Below are positions 51,860-64,000 of a stretch of DNA of 64,000 nt, in pieces. Positions within the stretch are counted from its first letter, which is position 1; the number at the start of each line of letters is the position of its first letter. The notes below the pieces were generated by a model. The model searched no databases, was not told where the DNA came from, and saw only the letters and a program-made list of their open reading frames with translations. Source of the stretch: Octopus vulgaris (lineage: Eukaryota); assembly GCA_951406725.2 (NCBI GenBank), contig OX597816.1, forward strand, positions 18,166,001 to 18,230,000, read 5' to 3'. Both the position numbers and the translations under genes were made by a program.

Positions 51860-52245
51860 CAAAATACCAATTGAACCTCTGTATATAAATGTACCGTTCA
51901 CACAAGGAGAAGACCGTGTGTTTACATCGAGGAGACAGATGATTCATGTAAGAATCTTTATCATAACCATGTCGCCAGCTTTAAGAGAATCAATAAGAGA
52001 TATTCAACATATTTGGCCGATTTTGTATGTCAAGTGAAGGGGGATAAAATTAAGTACAACATAACTTGGTCCATAGTAAGGCACATGAAACCATAGAATC
52101 TCATTTCCAGGAGAACCCATCTCTGCCCCGAGGAATACCTGTCTATTCTGTGGACCAATGAGAAGATCATTAATAGAATTTCGGAAGGACTCTCAAGATG
52201 CCAACGCGAATATAAATATATCTTTGCACAATGCAGTTGGAACAG
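51860..52245 (+). pseudogene. Penelope-like GIY-YIG endonuclease remnant (different subgroup)
   Basis: YKCTVH...VYIEETDDSCKNLYHNHVASFKRINKRYSTYLADFV...YNITWSIV...HLCPEEYLSI...INRISEGLSRCQ, with frameshifts. Confidence 0.7.
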
Positions 52246-52296
52246 ATTTGAGTAATTGGTAACGTAATGTACTTTAAGGTATGGATGAATTAAGTT

Positions 52297-52840
52297 TAGT
52301 TAGTTAGTTAGTTAGTTAGTTAATTTTTTGGCTCAAAAAGCAAGGCCATGTAGGGGGACATTGCGTTATGTACAGGGTGGTGTTCATGTAAAGAGTTCAG
52401 GCCACTTGTGGTCAAGGGAGACTTTGAACCGAGCGGTCGTCGGCATCTTCACTATCTCGTCCGGCAGCTTATTCCACGGATCCCAACCCGGACGGAGAAA
52501 ACCCCTCTCCTTCGATTGAGATGAAATCGTCGCAGATAGAGCTTTTCGGAGTGACCCCGCAACCGACGCTCTGGAGCAGAGTGAAGAACAGCTCTTTCGA
52601 AAGGTTTACACTTTCCGCTTATGATGTTGTGAGCGAGAATGAGATCACAACGGCTTCGTCGTTTTTCTAGAGAATAAGGGTCGAGCGTCTTCAGCCTTTC
52701 TTCATAAGACAAATGTTTGAGACCAAGAACGATGCGGGTAGACAGCTTCTGGACTCTTTCGAGATGTTGAATGTCTTTGAGGAGATAAGAAGAAGAGGCT
52801 TGAATCCCGTACTCCAATATGGGTCTCACCAGCGTGACAT
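52297..52840 (-). mobile_element. CR1-group LINE 3' end
   Basis: LVRPILEYGIQASSSYLLKDIQHLERVQKLSTRIVLGLKHLSYEERLKTL...LEKRRSRCDLI...LRGH; (TAAC)n tail. Confidence 0.9.
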
Positions 52841-53596
52841 AACTTCGCTATTCTTATAAACACCAAGTAGCTATTTAATTCGTTTTATTTTTCGGGAGTG
52901 CAGCAAACCACACGTGTGTGTATGCTTACATTTTCGTAGATGCTTGTATGAGCGAGTGTACTCGCGCCATGCAGCTTATGCGTGGGCGTTTGTGCATCCA
53001 TATCTGTTAACAGATAACTTTTATATTTTCTCCCTGCATTGCATGTTCGTTTTTATTTTTTTTTGCATTTGTGATCATATTTTTGATGTACGTAAATGAA
53101 GATATTTCCTTAGTTTTGCTCCTTTAGTTTCTACCAAATGGGAAGATATATTACGTAAGTGTTATTTTAACTTAAGTGTTATTTCGAGTCTATTTATGGG
53201 CCGATGAAGTACATCTGCACCACCGGGTGATATGAACCGGTTGTTAGTAGCCCACCCGTGAGGGATCCATGCAAGATGTGTACAAACCATTGTCCTGATT
53301 AATAATAAGTTCTCGTATATTCCTCCCGCCTTTCATTTTCCATATCATATCATATATATAAAACTATACTGGATCTCTTCTTGCCAGGGGTTCCAGATGA
53401 ATCTATCTCTCAGCAGGAAACACAGATGCGGACAGCGGCGTCAAGCTCCCTTGTTGACTAAGTGCTACGTATCAGAGGTGGTTTCACATACTGGTGTAGC
53501 TCACTCAGCGGTGGTGCCGCAGCATGGTGGAAGCTTTCGGGCTGAAAGAGTTTTAAGGATTTAAGGATATATATATACATATATATCATATAGCCC

Positions 53597-53880
<284 letters not shown>

Positions 53881-54269
53881 GACGCATGCGTGGGTTTGTG
53901 GTAAGAAGCTTAGTTCCGATTCAGTCCCACTGCGTGACACTTTGGCCGACTGTATTCAGGCCGCGTAAGGCCTTGCGAGTCGATTTGTTTGATGGACACT
54001 GAAAGAAGCCCGTCGTATATAGCAAATATTACCAGCTCCTAGTACATTACATCAGAGAGCTGAACCAGCTATAAGCCAATGAATTTGATTGCGCAAATCT
54101 TGTTCCCTTGTCATTTCTTTAATTACATATATGCATAACAAGATATATATGCCTATATTTGTATCTATGTCTTCATACACATATACAGGTATATAGATAT
54201 TTGGGTGTGCATACATGTATACGTATGTGAGCGTGCGTATGTACTTATATATATATTTGTTTTTCATAT

Positions 54270-54540
54270 TCGCCCTTTTCAAGCCTAGCCAGATTCATGG
54301 ACCCGGTTTCCAGGTTTCTGTGACGTATGTGTTCCCCCCAGTTGACGTGACGCCAGTCCATCGCAGAATTACTCAAGAGAAAGTTGGGTCGAAAGAGTAC
54401 AACAGGGGTCGCCACCACCCAGTGCCAGAACATCGTGGAGGTTTTAGGTGTCTTTGCTCAATAAAGACACGCAACGCCCGGTCTGGAAATCGAAACCGCG
54501 TTCCTCCGACCGCGAGTCCGCTGCCCTAACCACTGAGCCA
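54270..54540 (-). mobile_element. SINE with family C head and family V-type tail
   Basis: Head as in family C; tail ctgcgatggactggcgtcacgtc...gaaaccgggtccatga matches 63820-63900. Confidence 0.8.
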
Positions 54541-54639
<99 letters not shown>

Positions 54640-55299
54640 ACAAATATACATTAACGCATTCTTTTCTTAATGCCATAAAGGTTTAAAGAACCTATATTAC
54701 ATTTAGACATACACACACACATACATATATATATGTATATGCATGTATGTTTGTATGAATGTACGTATGATATCTATCTATTTATCGATACATATGTGTG
54801 TTTGTGTGTGTGTGTGTGCGTATGCGTGCGTTTGTGCGTCTGTGTGTGTGTAGGCGTGCATTCGTGTATTCCGAATTTAGTGCAATTCAAACCATTTCAT
54901 TTCAATTTCCGGGTGCAATATGTGAATAATGGTATTTCCATTCACACCTTTTTTCCAAAACGGCAGCTCTTATTAATATTGGTACCTATTTTCACAAAAA
55001 TTATCACTCTGTATGATTAAATATAAGTAGATGCTAAAAACCTCTACGCTGTACACTGTTCCTTCGAAAATGAAGTTGTAGCGACGACCATTGTGGTTAT
55101 CAGAGACATTTATGCAAACTGAGAATGCCAATCACAGGAGTCCGTTTATTTATAGTGCATAAAATCATACACGCAAACATACATGCACACACACAAGCAA
55201 ACACGCACTCATATAAACATCAGTCTGTCTGTGTGTCTCTGTGTATGTATCTATCTCTCTATGTATGTATGTGTGTATGTGTGTATGTATGTATGCCCC

Positions 55300-55425
55300 A
55301 ATTTCATTTTCACGATCCCTTTTGATCGGTTCGCTCACATTTTTTTCTTTCTTCCCAAAAAGAAAAGCTCTTCTTTGTATTTTGTACCTTCTGTGTTCTG
55401 CCCTGCGTGGCCAATAAGGAAATCT
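55300..55425 (+). mobile_element. Short 3' end of the Tx1-like LINE abutting (TATC)n
   Basis: cacgatcccttttgatc...aaaagctct...ctgtgttctgccctgcgtggccaataaggaaa. Confidence 0.7.
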
Positions 55426-55431
55426 ATCTAA

Positions 55432-55511
<80 letters not shown>

Positions 55512-55512
55512 G

Positions 55513-55606
<94 letters not shown>

Positions 55607-55610
55607 CCTG

Positions 55611-55650
<40 letters not shown>

Positions 55651-55687
55651 CATACACATATCTGTCTGTATGTCTGCCTGTCTGTCG

Positions 55688-55764
<77 letters not shown>

Positions 55765-55765
55765 C
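55422..55765. repeat. (TATC)n compound microsatellite
   Basis: Direct repeats. Confidence 0.95.
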
Positions 55766-55780
55766 CTATTAATCTATAAC

Positions 55781-56237
55781 TTCAAGTATTACTTGAAAAG
55801 GAAATTGAGATTAGAGAGGTAAGTTTTGTCTTGCGAATATTTAAAAAAAAAGATGGGTGAATGTAGCAAGGATGGGACGTATGTATGACGAAGCCACCTT
55901 GAGCATAATCTTATGAACCCAGAAAAATTTTAAACAGAGACTTACTTACTTGCAAATAAATGTGTTAACATTTGACATTATCGACCGAGGTTACCGTGGT
56001 CTTTTCCGTAGGCTTTCTTTCCACGTATAAACCTTATCTGTTTCCCCCTTTACACTTGACATCATGAAATTTCTGTGATACACGACCCCCATTGATCGTT
56101 TTTTCTTCTTTTTCTTTCTTTTTTTACGATCACTTTTGATCGAAAACCTACCCCACATTTTTTTCTCCACAAAATAAAAGCTCTACATTGTCATTTGTCC
56201 CGTCTGTGTTCAGCCCTGTTTGGCTAATAAAGAATCA
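55781..56237 (+). mobile_element. 5'-truncated LINE 3' end (Tx1-like)
   Basis: 14-bp TSD tattaatctataac (55767-55780 and 56238-56251); FKYYLKRKLRLER... homologous to 49485-49933. Confidence 0.85.
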
Positions 56238-56342
56238 TATTAATCTATAACAGTAAACGCAAATACATTTTATGCTCGTGCAACATCTCAATACATATAT
56301 ACACAAACACAACACAAGTATATGGTATACACGTGTAAATAA

Positions 56343-57124
56343 GGTGGCGAACTGGCAGAATCGTTAGCACGCCGGGAGAAATGCCTAGCGGTATTTCGTC
56401 TGCCGTTACGTTGTGAGTTCAAATTCCGTCAAGGTCGACATTGCTTTTCATCCTTTCGTGGTCGATAAATTAAGTACCAGTTACGCACTGGAGTCGATGT
56501 AATCGACTTAATCCGTCTGTCTGTCCTTGTTTGTCCTCTCTGTGTTTAGCCACTTGTGGGTAGTAAAGAAATAGCTATTTCGTATGCCGCTACGTTCTGA
56601 GTTAAAATTCCGACGAGATCGACTTTGCCTTTCATACTTTCGGTGTCGATAAATTAAGTACCAGTTACGCACTGGGGTCGATATATTCGACTTATCCGTT
56701 TGTCTGTCCTTGTTTGTCCTCTCTGTGTTTAGCCCCTTGTAGGTAGTAAAGAAATAGGTATTTCGTCTGCCGCTACGTTCTGTGTTCAAATTCTGCCGAG
56801 GTCGACTTTGCCTTTCATTCTTTCGTAGTCGACTAAATAAGTACCAGCTACGAACTGGGGTCGATATAATCGACTTAATCCGTTTGTCTGTCCTTGTTTG
56901 TCCTCTCTGTGTTTAGCCCCTTGTGGGTAGTAAAGAAATAGGTATTTCGTATGCCGCTACGTTCTGAGTTCAAATTCCGCCGTGGTCGACTTTGCCTTTC
57001 ATCCTTTCGGGGTAGATAAACTAAGTACCAGTTACGCACTGGGCTCGATGTAATCGACTTAATCCTTGTGTCTGTCCTTGTTTGTCCCCTCTGTGTTTAG
57101 CCCCTTGTGGGTAGTGAAGAAACA
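56343..57124 (+). mobile_element. SINE family B tetramer
   Basis: One head; later units start at 56574, 56757 and 56941; outer TSD ggtatacacgtgt (56324-56336 and 57125-57137). Confidence 0.93.
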
Positions 57125-58210
57125 GGTATACACGTGTTCAATGATTGCGTGTGTATGTGTCTGTTTGTGTCTCGGCATACCTACCTACCTACCTTCCTAC
57201 ATGCATACATATATGACTCTATGCGTGTACATACATACATGCATATGCATATTACAATGAGGTATATAACGAATATTGATATATGCATTTGTTCTCTTTC
57301 TTCTTACGTCATTATCGAATTTTAACTGCTTCAAAATCATAAATACTAGAATAATTTTGTTCCGTATTTTGTTTTATATATTTATTTATTTATTCGTGTA
57401 TTTTTTATTTAATGTTTTCTTACGATACTTTAAGAACTTCGGAGTTATTCAAGAATGACTTTCTGTGTTAATCTCTTTACATCATTATTATAGTGAAGCA
57501 CATTACACATTTCCGTTGGAAAAGAAGATTTTGCAGAAAGAAAAACGACTTAATAGTCTTTAACCTGACAGAAATTGCACTTATGGAATTACGGTTAAAC
57601 TGAATTGTGTTGGTGGGGCTGGAAAATGAAATAACAACTTTGATACAAAATAGCTACGAATTTCAAGAACTATTCTCCAAGTGTCACTATTGGAATTGAG
57701 TAAAATTTTACAGTGTGCATTTGCGCGTTATATAATTCGTTGCTTGACAGCGTACGTATTTATGTAAGACATGTATGTGAGTATGTGTGTGTGTGTCTGT
57801 GTGTTTGTGTGTGTTGTATATGTAGTCATGAATAAGTCCGTATGTCTGTAGGTGTGCATTGAACCGCTACGTACGAAAATATCGTTGAAGAGAGAATGAT
57901 CGACATAAAACAATTATTATGCAACATACTTGGAAGAACAAGAAATCGTCTTAATAGAATGACATGTTATGATGTTTCTGTTCAAGTTTCAGCTTGATAG
58001 CTGTGGCCAAGCTAGGGCACACACACAGACATACACACAGCTACATGCGCCCCCTCTCCACATACACACGTTAGCAACTTTTTGTTCGTCTTATACAGTT
58101 AAAATGCCGAATACTTCTGCTCTTTTCACGGCAATACTGCGTTTGAAATTCACTTATTTGTCTGCAATACAAACACACACACATACACACACACTCACAC
58201 ATATACACAG

Positions 58211-58269
<59 letters not shown>

Positions 58270-58270
<1 letters not shown>

Positions 58271-58492
58271 CAATAATAATATAGGGTGAAATTAATTAAT
58301 TTGGAATAATCATTAATTTCATCAAGTAGATTTCGGCATGTAAAAGCCCCATTCAAGGAAGGTTTAAGTAATACTAAGTAATTAAGGGTTTAGCAACGAT
58401 TTGCCTCACCACACACCGGATTTAGAAATAGCAGTCAAAAGAGTTTGACTGCTATTTCTAAATCCGGTGTGTGGTGAGGCAAATCGTTGCTA
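58270..58492. mobile_element. (TA)n-embedded fold-back element
   Basis: 49-bp perfect inverted arms at 58391-58439 and 58444-58492 with a 4-nt spacer; tagggtgaaa terminus. Confidence 0.85.
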
Positions 58493-58828
58493 TATATATA
58501 TATATTTATATATATATATATATATATTTATATAAAAAACATATATATAATAAGGACAAATTTTTAGCACACATGGTTTTTTATTAACCACGTATTAATG
58601 AAAATGTATTCATAAATAAAGTACAGAACTGGGAATCACTATTATCAGTTTATCCTAGATACAAGTGAATTTGGCCTAGCCTGGCCTAGAGACATGTTAA
58701 TTCGACTTAAGTCGTGTCTCATGGAACCAATTAACGACGTAGGGGGAGATTATATATATATATATATATATATATTAATATATATATTACGTTTTGGTAG
58801 GGTGTAAAGGTAGGGTATTTCTAGAGAA

Positions 58829-59056
58829 GCGAGCTGGCAGAACCGTTAGCACGCCGGGCGAAATGCTTAGCGGTATTTCGTCTGCCGTTACGTTCTGAGT
58901 TCAAATTCCGCCGAGGTTGACTTTGCCTTTCATCCTTTTGGGGTCGATGAAATAAGTACCAGTTACGCACTGGGGTCGAAGTAATCGACTTAATACCTAT
59001 GTCTGTCCTTGTTTGTCCCCTCTGTGTTTAGCCCCTTGTGGGTAATAAAGAAATAT
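58829..59056 (+). mobile_element. SINE family B monomer
   Basis: TSD gtatttctagagaagc (58815-58830 and 59057-59072). Confidence 0.93.
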
Positions 59057-59208
59057 GTATTTCTAGAGAAGCACTCAACCCTAATTCGGGGTTATCAACA
59101 CCGTCGGATTCCAGACTAATATCGAAATACTTCAGGTGTAGAAAATTCTGGTTTCACACCAGTAAATCTGCTGTGTGGGCTTTGCAAAGAGTAAAATATA
59201 ATCCAAAT

Positions 59209-59595
59209 GGTGGAAGCACTCCGTCGGTTACGACGACGAGGGTTCCGGTTGATCCGAATCAACGGAACAGCCTGCTCGTGAAATTAACGTGCAAGTGGCT
59301 GAGCAATCCACAGAGACATGTACCCTTAACGTAGTTCTCGGGGATATTCAGCGTGACACATGGAGTGACAAGGCCGGTTCTTTGAAATACAGGTACAACA
59401 GAAACAGGAAGTAAGAGTGAGAGAAAGTTGTGGTGAAAGAGTACAGCAGGGATCACCACCATCCCCTGCCGGAGCGTCGTGGAGCTTTAGGTGTTTTCGC
59501 TCAATAAACACTCACAACGCCCGGTCTGGGAATCGAAACCGCGATCCTATGACCGCGAGTCCGCTGCCCTAACCACTGGGCCATTGTGCTTCCAT
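59209..59595 (-). mobile_element. SINE family C, full length
   Basis: TSD tataatccaaat (59197-59208 and 59596-59607). Confidence 0.93.
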
Positions 59596-59885
59596 TATAA
59601 TCCAAATAACAAGACAGAGAAATACTTTGACACATCTTTAATTATCAGTTACAAATGTTTCTGTATCAATTCTGCATGCAACGACAGTTTACGCACTATT
59701 CGAAGTGAAAATTCACGTAGTTTGTAGGTGTTAGAGTTGCACTTCATGAGACTTGTAATTAAAGGTGTGCGTTTACACTGGGTTTCTTGCTCACATTGTT
59801 TGTTTGTTTGCCTATATCCGGGAATAAACAAAATGCAACTAAAAGTGTGGTTAGGGGATGAATTCTTAATACAGTGAACATGTGG

Positions 59886-60011
59886 AAGAAAAGGAAGAAG
59901 AAGAAGAAGAAGAAAAGAGAAGAAGAGGAAGAAGAAGCAGAAGAAGAAGAAGAAGAAGAAGAAGAAGAAGAAGAAGAAGAAGAAGAAGAAGAAGAAGAAG
60001 AAGAAGAAGAA
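59886..60011. repeat. (GAA)n microsatellite
   Basis: Direct repeat. Confidence 0.95.
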
Positions 60012-60307
60012 TATAACACGTGGATGGAAGTTAACAGGTATTAATAGCGGACAACTCCGTATATTTATGCTCCCCGCATCAGCTTTAAGCTGCCATATAT
60101 ATGTATATATTGGTTTTTATCTACAATCCTATACTTCATTATATTGTTAGTATGTTTGTATAGTTATATGTTTATATGTCCATATACATTTTTAACATTC
60201 ATATATTCTTTTAATATTTTCGTAAGTATCTTTTTATGTATTTTCAATATATCAAGATATGTTTTTCGGACATTTGTTATCTTAATTAAATCCATTTGCG
60301 TTACCAG

Positions 60308-60620
60308 TCATCCTTTTGGGATCGATAAATTAAGTACCTATTTCTTTATTACCCACAAGGGGCTAAACATAGATGGGACAAACAAGGACAGACATAGGTA
60401 TTAAGTCGATTCCATCGACCCCAGTGCGTAACTGGTACTTAATTTATCGACCCCGAAAGGATGAAAGGCAAAGTCGACCTCGGCGGAATTTGAACTCACC
60501 CTCGGCGGAATTTGAACTCACAAATTTGAACGATAAATTAAGTACCAGTTTCGTACTGGGTTCGATCTAATCGACTGGCCCCCGCCCCCAAAATTTGGGG
60601 CCTTGTGCCCAGAGTAGTAT
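60308..60620. mobile_element. 5'-truncated SINE B (60339-60530, minus) inserted antisense in an older SINE B
   Basis: TSD cgataaattaagtacc (60323-60338 and 60531-60546). Confidence 0.88.
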
Positions 60621-60714
60621 CGACCCTTGTGGGTTAGCTGCATTTAGGTGACAAATATACTTCACGATATCATGCTGCTACTTTTTATATCTAACTCAGA
60701 GATTTATTATTGCT

Positions 60715-60816
<102 letters not shown>

Positions 60817-60991
60817 TCCAGTTCCTTGGGTTTGTGTCTATGTTTTCGTTTCTCATTGTGTTCGACGTTTTTTTGGTGTCCTGTACTCATATATGCGTGT
60901 ATATATACATGTAGAGGTAGGTACGTACATATATGTATATATATATATATGCATATGTTTTATTTATTAATATATATATATATATGTATTT

Positions 60992-61042
<51 letters not shown>

Positions 61043-61519
61043 GTGTGTCTCTGTTTTTCATAGGATATTTTGCAGAATTCAATATATCTGCGTAATATGA
61101 TATACAGCGACCCGATCATAACTGAATATCAACACCAATCGCAATTGATATCTAATAGGTTTGTGAAGGATGGAAGCCTTGTGTAATTATTAAATATTTG
61201 TTGATAAAGATGACAAATATGAATAATAACAACTCTTGAAATTGAAATGAAATAGCAGTAATGATAAAGATCATTTATCTCTTCATCTATTTGAGGACTA
61301 ATGTCGGAAATAATGGTTCATTGGTTATCGTGATTGAGGAAAGAATCAAACAAGCGCAGTATATTCTCTTCAGCCACATAATGTATAAGGCTGCTTCCCC
61401 GGTACCTATGGCATATAAGTGACCGAGATACGCATTAAACCCGAAGTAACCCAGATAGCCCTGCACAGGGGACATCGCCGATGTTGGGTTCAAAGCCTGC
61501 AAATTTGAAGGAAAACCAC

Positions 61520-61690
61520 ACAAGTCGTTGACATCAATTCCAATACTCAACTGGTATTTTCATTTTATCAAACTCAAAAGGATAAAAGGCAATGTTGACT
61601 TCGGTTGGAATTGAACTCACGACGTCAAGAACCGAAAGAAATGCCACGAATAATTTTTTCCCCGAGTGCTAACGATTTTGCCAGCTCCCT
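61520..61690 (-). mobile_element. Old SINE family B
   Basis: ggataaaaggcaatgttgacttcgg...gtgctaacgattttgccagctc. Confidence 0.7.
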
Positions 61691-62672
61691 GCGTAATATT
61701 CTTTAACGAAGACTAATGGACAATTTCATATATTCCATCTAAATGAGGGTCTTGACACTGTAAGAACAATATCCATGCCACTTTCTTCTAACTTCTGAAT
61801 ACATATATATAATTTTTATTTTCTAGAATATTACATTGAGATTCACGTGGCCATACTTTTACTCCTTTACTTTTAATTATGACATGCGTCTACGGTCACG
61901 ATACATCACCTCCTTGAAGAAATTTGGTGGAACAACTCGATCTCGGTATTTATAATTCTTGTAATTATCACGTGAGACTCTTAGGCCGTAACGTTACAGT
62001 ACAAGCATGTACGTAGTCATATCAGTACCGGTTGTCAAACGGTTGACATAAAGATATAAAGGTTGACATATAAGATATAAAGGTATCTTTATTCTTCTTA
62101 CATCCCCATTTCTTTTCCCCTGCTGTCCTTTGCGTTAGCTAAACCTACCCCGCTGTCATTCTTGCTACTATAGAATTTTGTCTGCAACAGTTAGATGCGA
62201 GCTTAACCGTGGTATGACCAGCATCTTTCCTCATGCTTCTTGGAACTTATACCCACATCTTTATGAGTAGATTTATCTTCTCTGGGATGTTAATAATCAT
62301 TTTAAAAACTTTGTGTTGTTGGAAAACATATATAGTCTGCTTGGAATCTTACTTCAGATTCATGGAACTCACTCCTATAACTTCATAAGGATATTTACAC
62401 TCTCTAAGATATTTGGAAAACCTATATGTGATTTAGCTGATGAATACTTGACATTACATTTGCTGTAATATTGCAGCTTGAAATAAAATGTTTTTAGTAT
62501 GAAACAATTGTACCAATCTACCGATCCATTCTTGTTGCTTTTTTCTTGGTTATAATCGCCCCACATAAGTTTATGGTTAATACCATAAAGAATTCTGGTG
62601 CATATAAGTTAAGTAGCATATTCGTTTGAATTCATTTGAATTCATTTGAATCTTAATTGTTTTGCTGAAATT

Positions 62673-62975
<303 letters not shown>

Positions 62976-63792
62976 CTAATCAATGCGCCTTCAAGCATAT
63001 GTGTGTGTGTGTGTGCTCATTTATGTAGAACAAGAAAATAATGTGATTATGCCAATATGGCGATGGGAATCAAGGAAACAGAATGATAGATTGATGAGAA
63101 AAGATGAGAGGGTGAGGGTATTCGAGAAGAGGAAGTTTATGGGAAAGAGGAAACGATTGTAGACGACTGCCAGTTGAATATTTATGGATAATTTATAGAA
63201 ACTAATTAATGTTCCTATTTATAATTGATGTAGATAGCGTAATGCGCGATTGGTTGCAATTTAGCCGAGGCACTATAAATGATTTTCTAGTGACAGCAGT
63301 ACGGCTGATATAAAGTTATTTTCCAATACATGAATAAATATATTTAGCGTGTGGCGTGTGTGTAAGCAGGTTTAATATGACTTGATGAAAACCAAAGAAT
63401 AAGCAAATAATGAAAAAAAAAACCCCAAAAAAAAAAAACCAAAAAAAAAAAAAAGCCGTACCACTATTAAATTATGCATTGGCTGCAATATGTAGAGATA
63501 GCGTTCTCTTTTGTAATGCAAAAACAGATCGACGCTTATTAAATAATTACTTTCGCATACGCCTACCTATAAATACAAAATACCTGGAAAATGCAATTCC
63601 ATTTTGTTGTAACAATCTATACAGATTTGCGTTCGTCATATGAACAGTGTTGCTGAGAGGTGTCGTGTTTTGTGCATTCCCTCTGCCCCATGATTTCCAT
63701 TCCCACCAGGGAAAAGAAGTGACAGTAATAAACTGACTTCGATTCATTTTACTGCTTTGTTTTTTTTTTTACATATGACTGCATAATACGTA

Positions 63793-64000
63793 CTTCTTCT
63801 TCTTGCGCCCTTTTAAGGCCTAGCCAGGCTCATGGACCCGGTTTCCCGATTTCCGTGGCGTATGTGTTCCCCAACTGGACGGGACGGCAGTCCATCGCGG
63901 CGTTACTTATTTTTGCTGGAGCAACGTGAAATGTAGTGTTTTACTCAAGAACACAACGCGTCGCCCGGTCCAGGAATCGAAACCACAATCTTACGATCAT
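63793..64000 (-). mobile_element. SINE family V, cut by window edge
   Basis: Homologous to 41105-41345; (GAA)n tail. Confidence 0.8.

Noticed and set aside
53197-53254. Hammerhead-like fold (tgggc...gccca stem I); similar relics near 8554, 31745 and 57550
   Set aside because: Core nucleotides are mutated; at most dead pLTR relics, so not called as ribozymes.
56343-57124. Regularly spaced repeats suggesting a CRISPR-like array
   Set aside because: Units are homologous along their whole length with no unique spacers; eukaryotic SINE context and no cas genes.
61287-61550. 87-aa minus-strand ORF with a GY-rich stretch
   Set aside because: No recognisable domain and the start lies in a SINE; kept only as a weak exon candidate.

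Overview
AT-rich, microsatellite-dense animal DNA. The repeat repertoire looks like an octopus or other coleoid cephalopod genome (inference from remembered repeat families, not verified). I found no intact host protein-coding gene; nearly all listed ORFs are microsatellite or SINE read-throughs. The window is a mosaic of mobile elements: several tRNA-derived SINE families, fragments of R4/Dong-like, RTE, CR1 and Tx1-like LINEs, Penelope-like elements (GIY-YIG remnants, hammerhead motifs, fold-back insertions in (TA)n), a mariner fragment, an internally deleted Gypsy-like LTR element and a 5S rRNA pseudogene. Main observations: (1) one SINE family inserts at GGTAY sites, carries that site in its own head, forms head-less ~183-bp tandem arrays and shares its 3' tail with a local Tx1-like LINE; (2) a set of (TAA)n-associated R4/Dong elements includes an internally deleted mini-element and a non-coding passenger family; (3) a 528-bp unit carries a hammerhead ribozyme with an intact core, and related short insertions in (TA)n fold back on themselves; (4) a 5S rRNA-SINE chimera with a 5' inversion lies inside one target-site duplication. 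All assignments come from manual reading and translation; no database searches were run.
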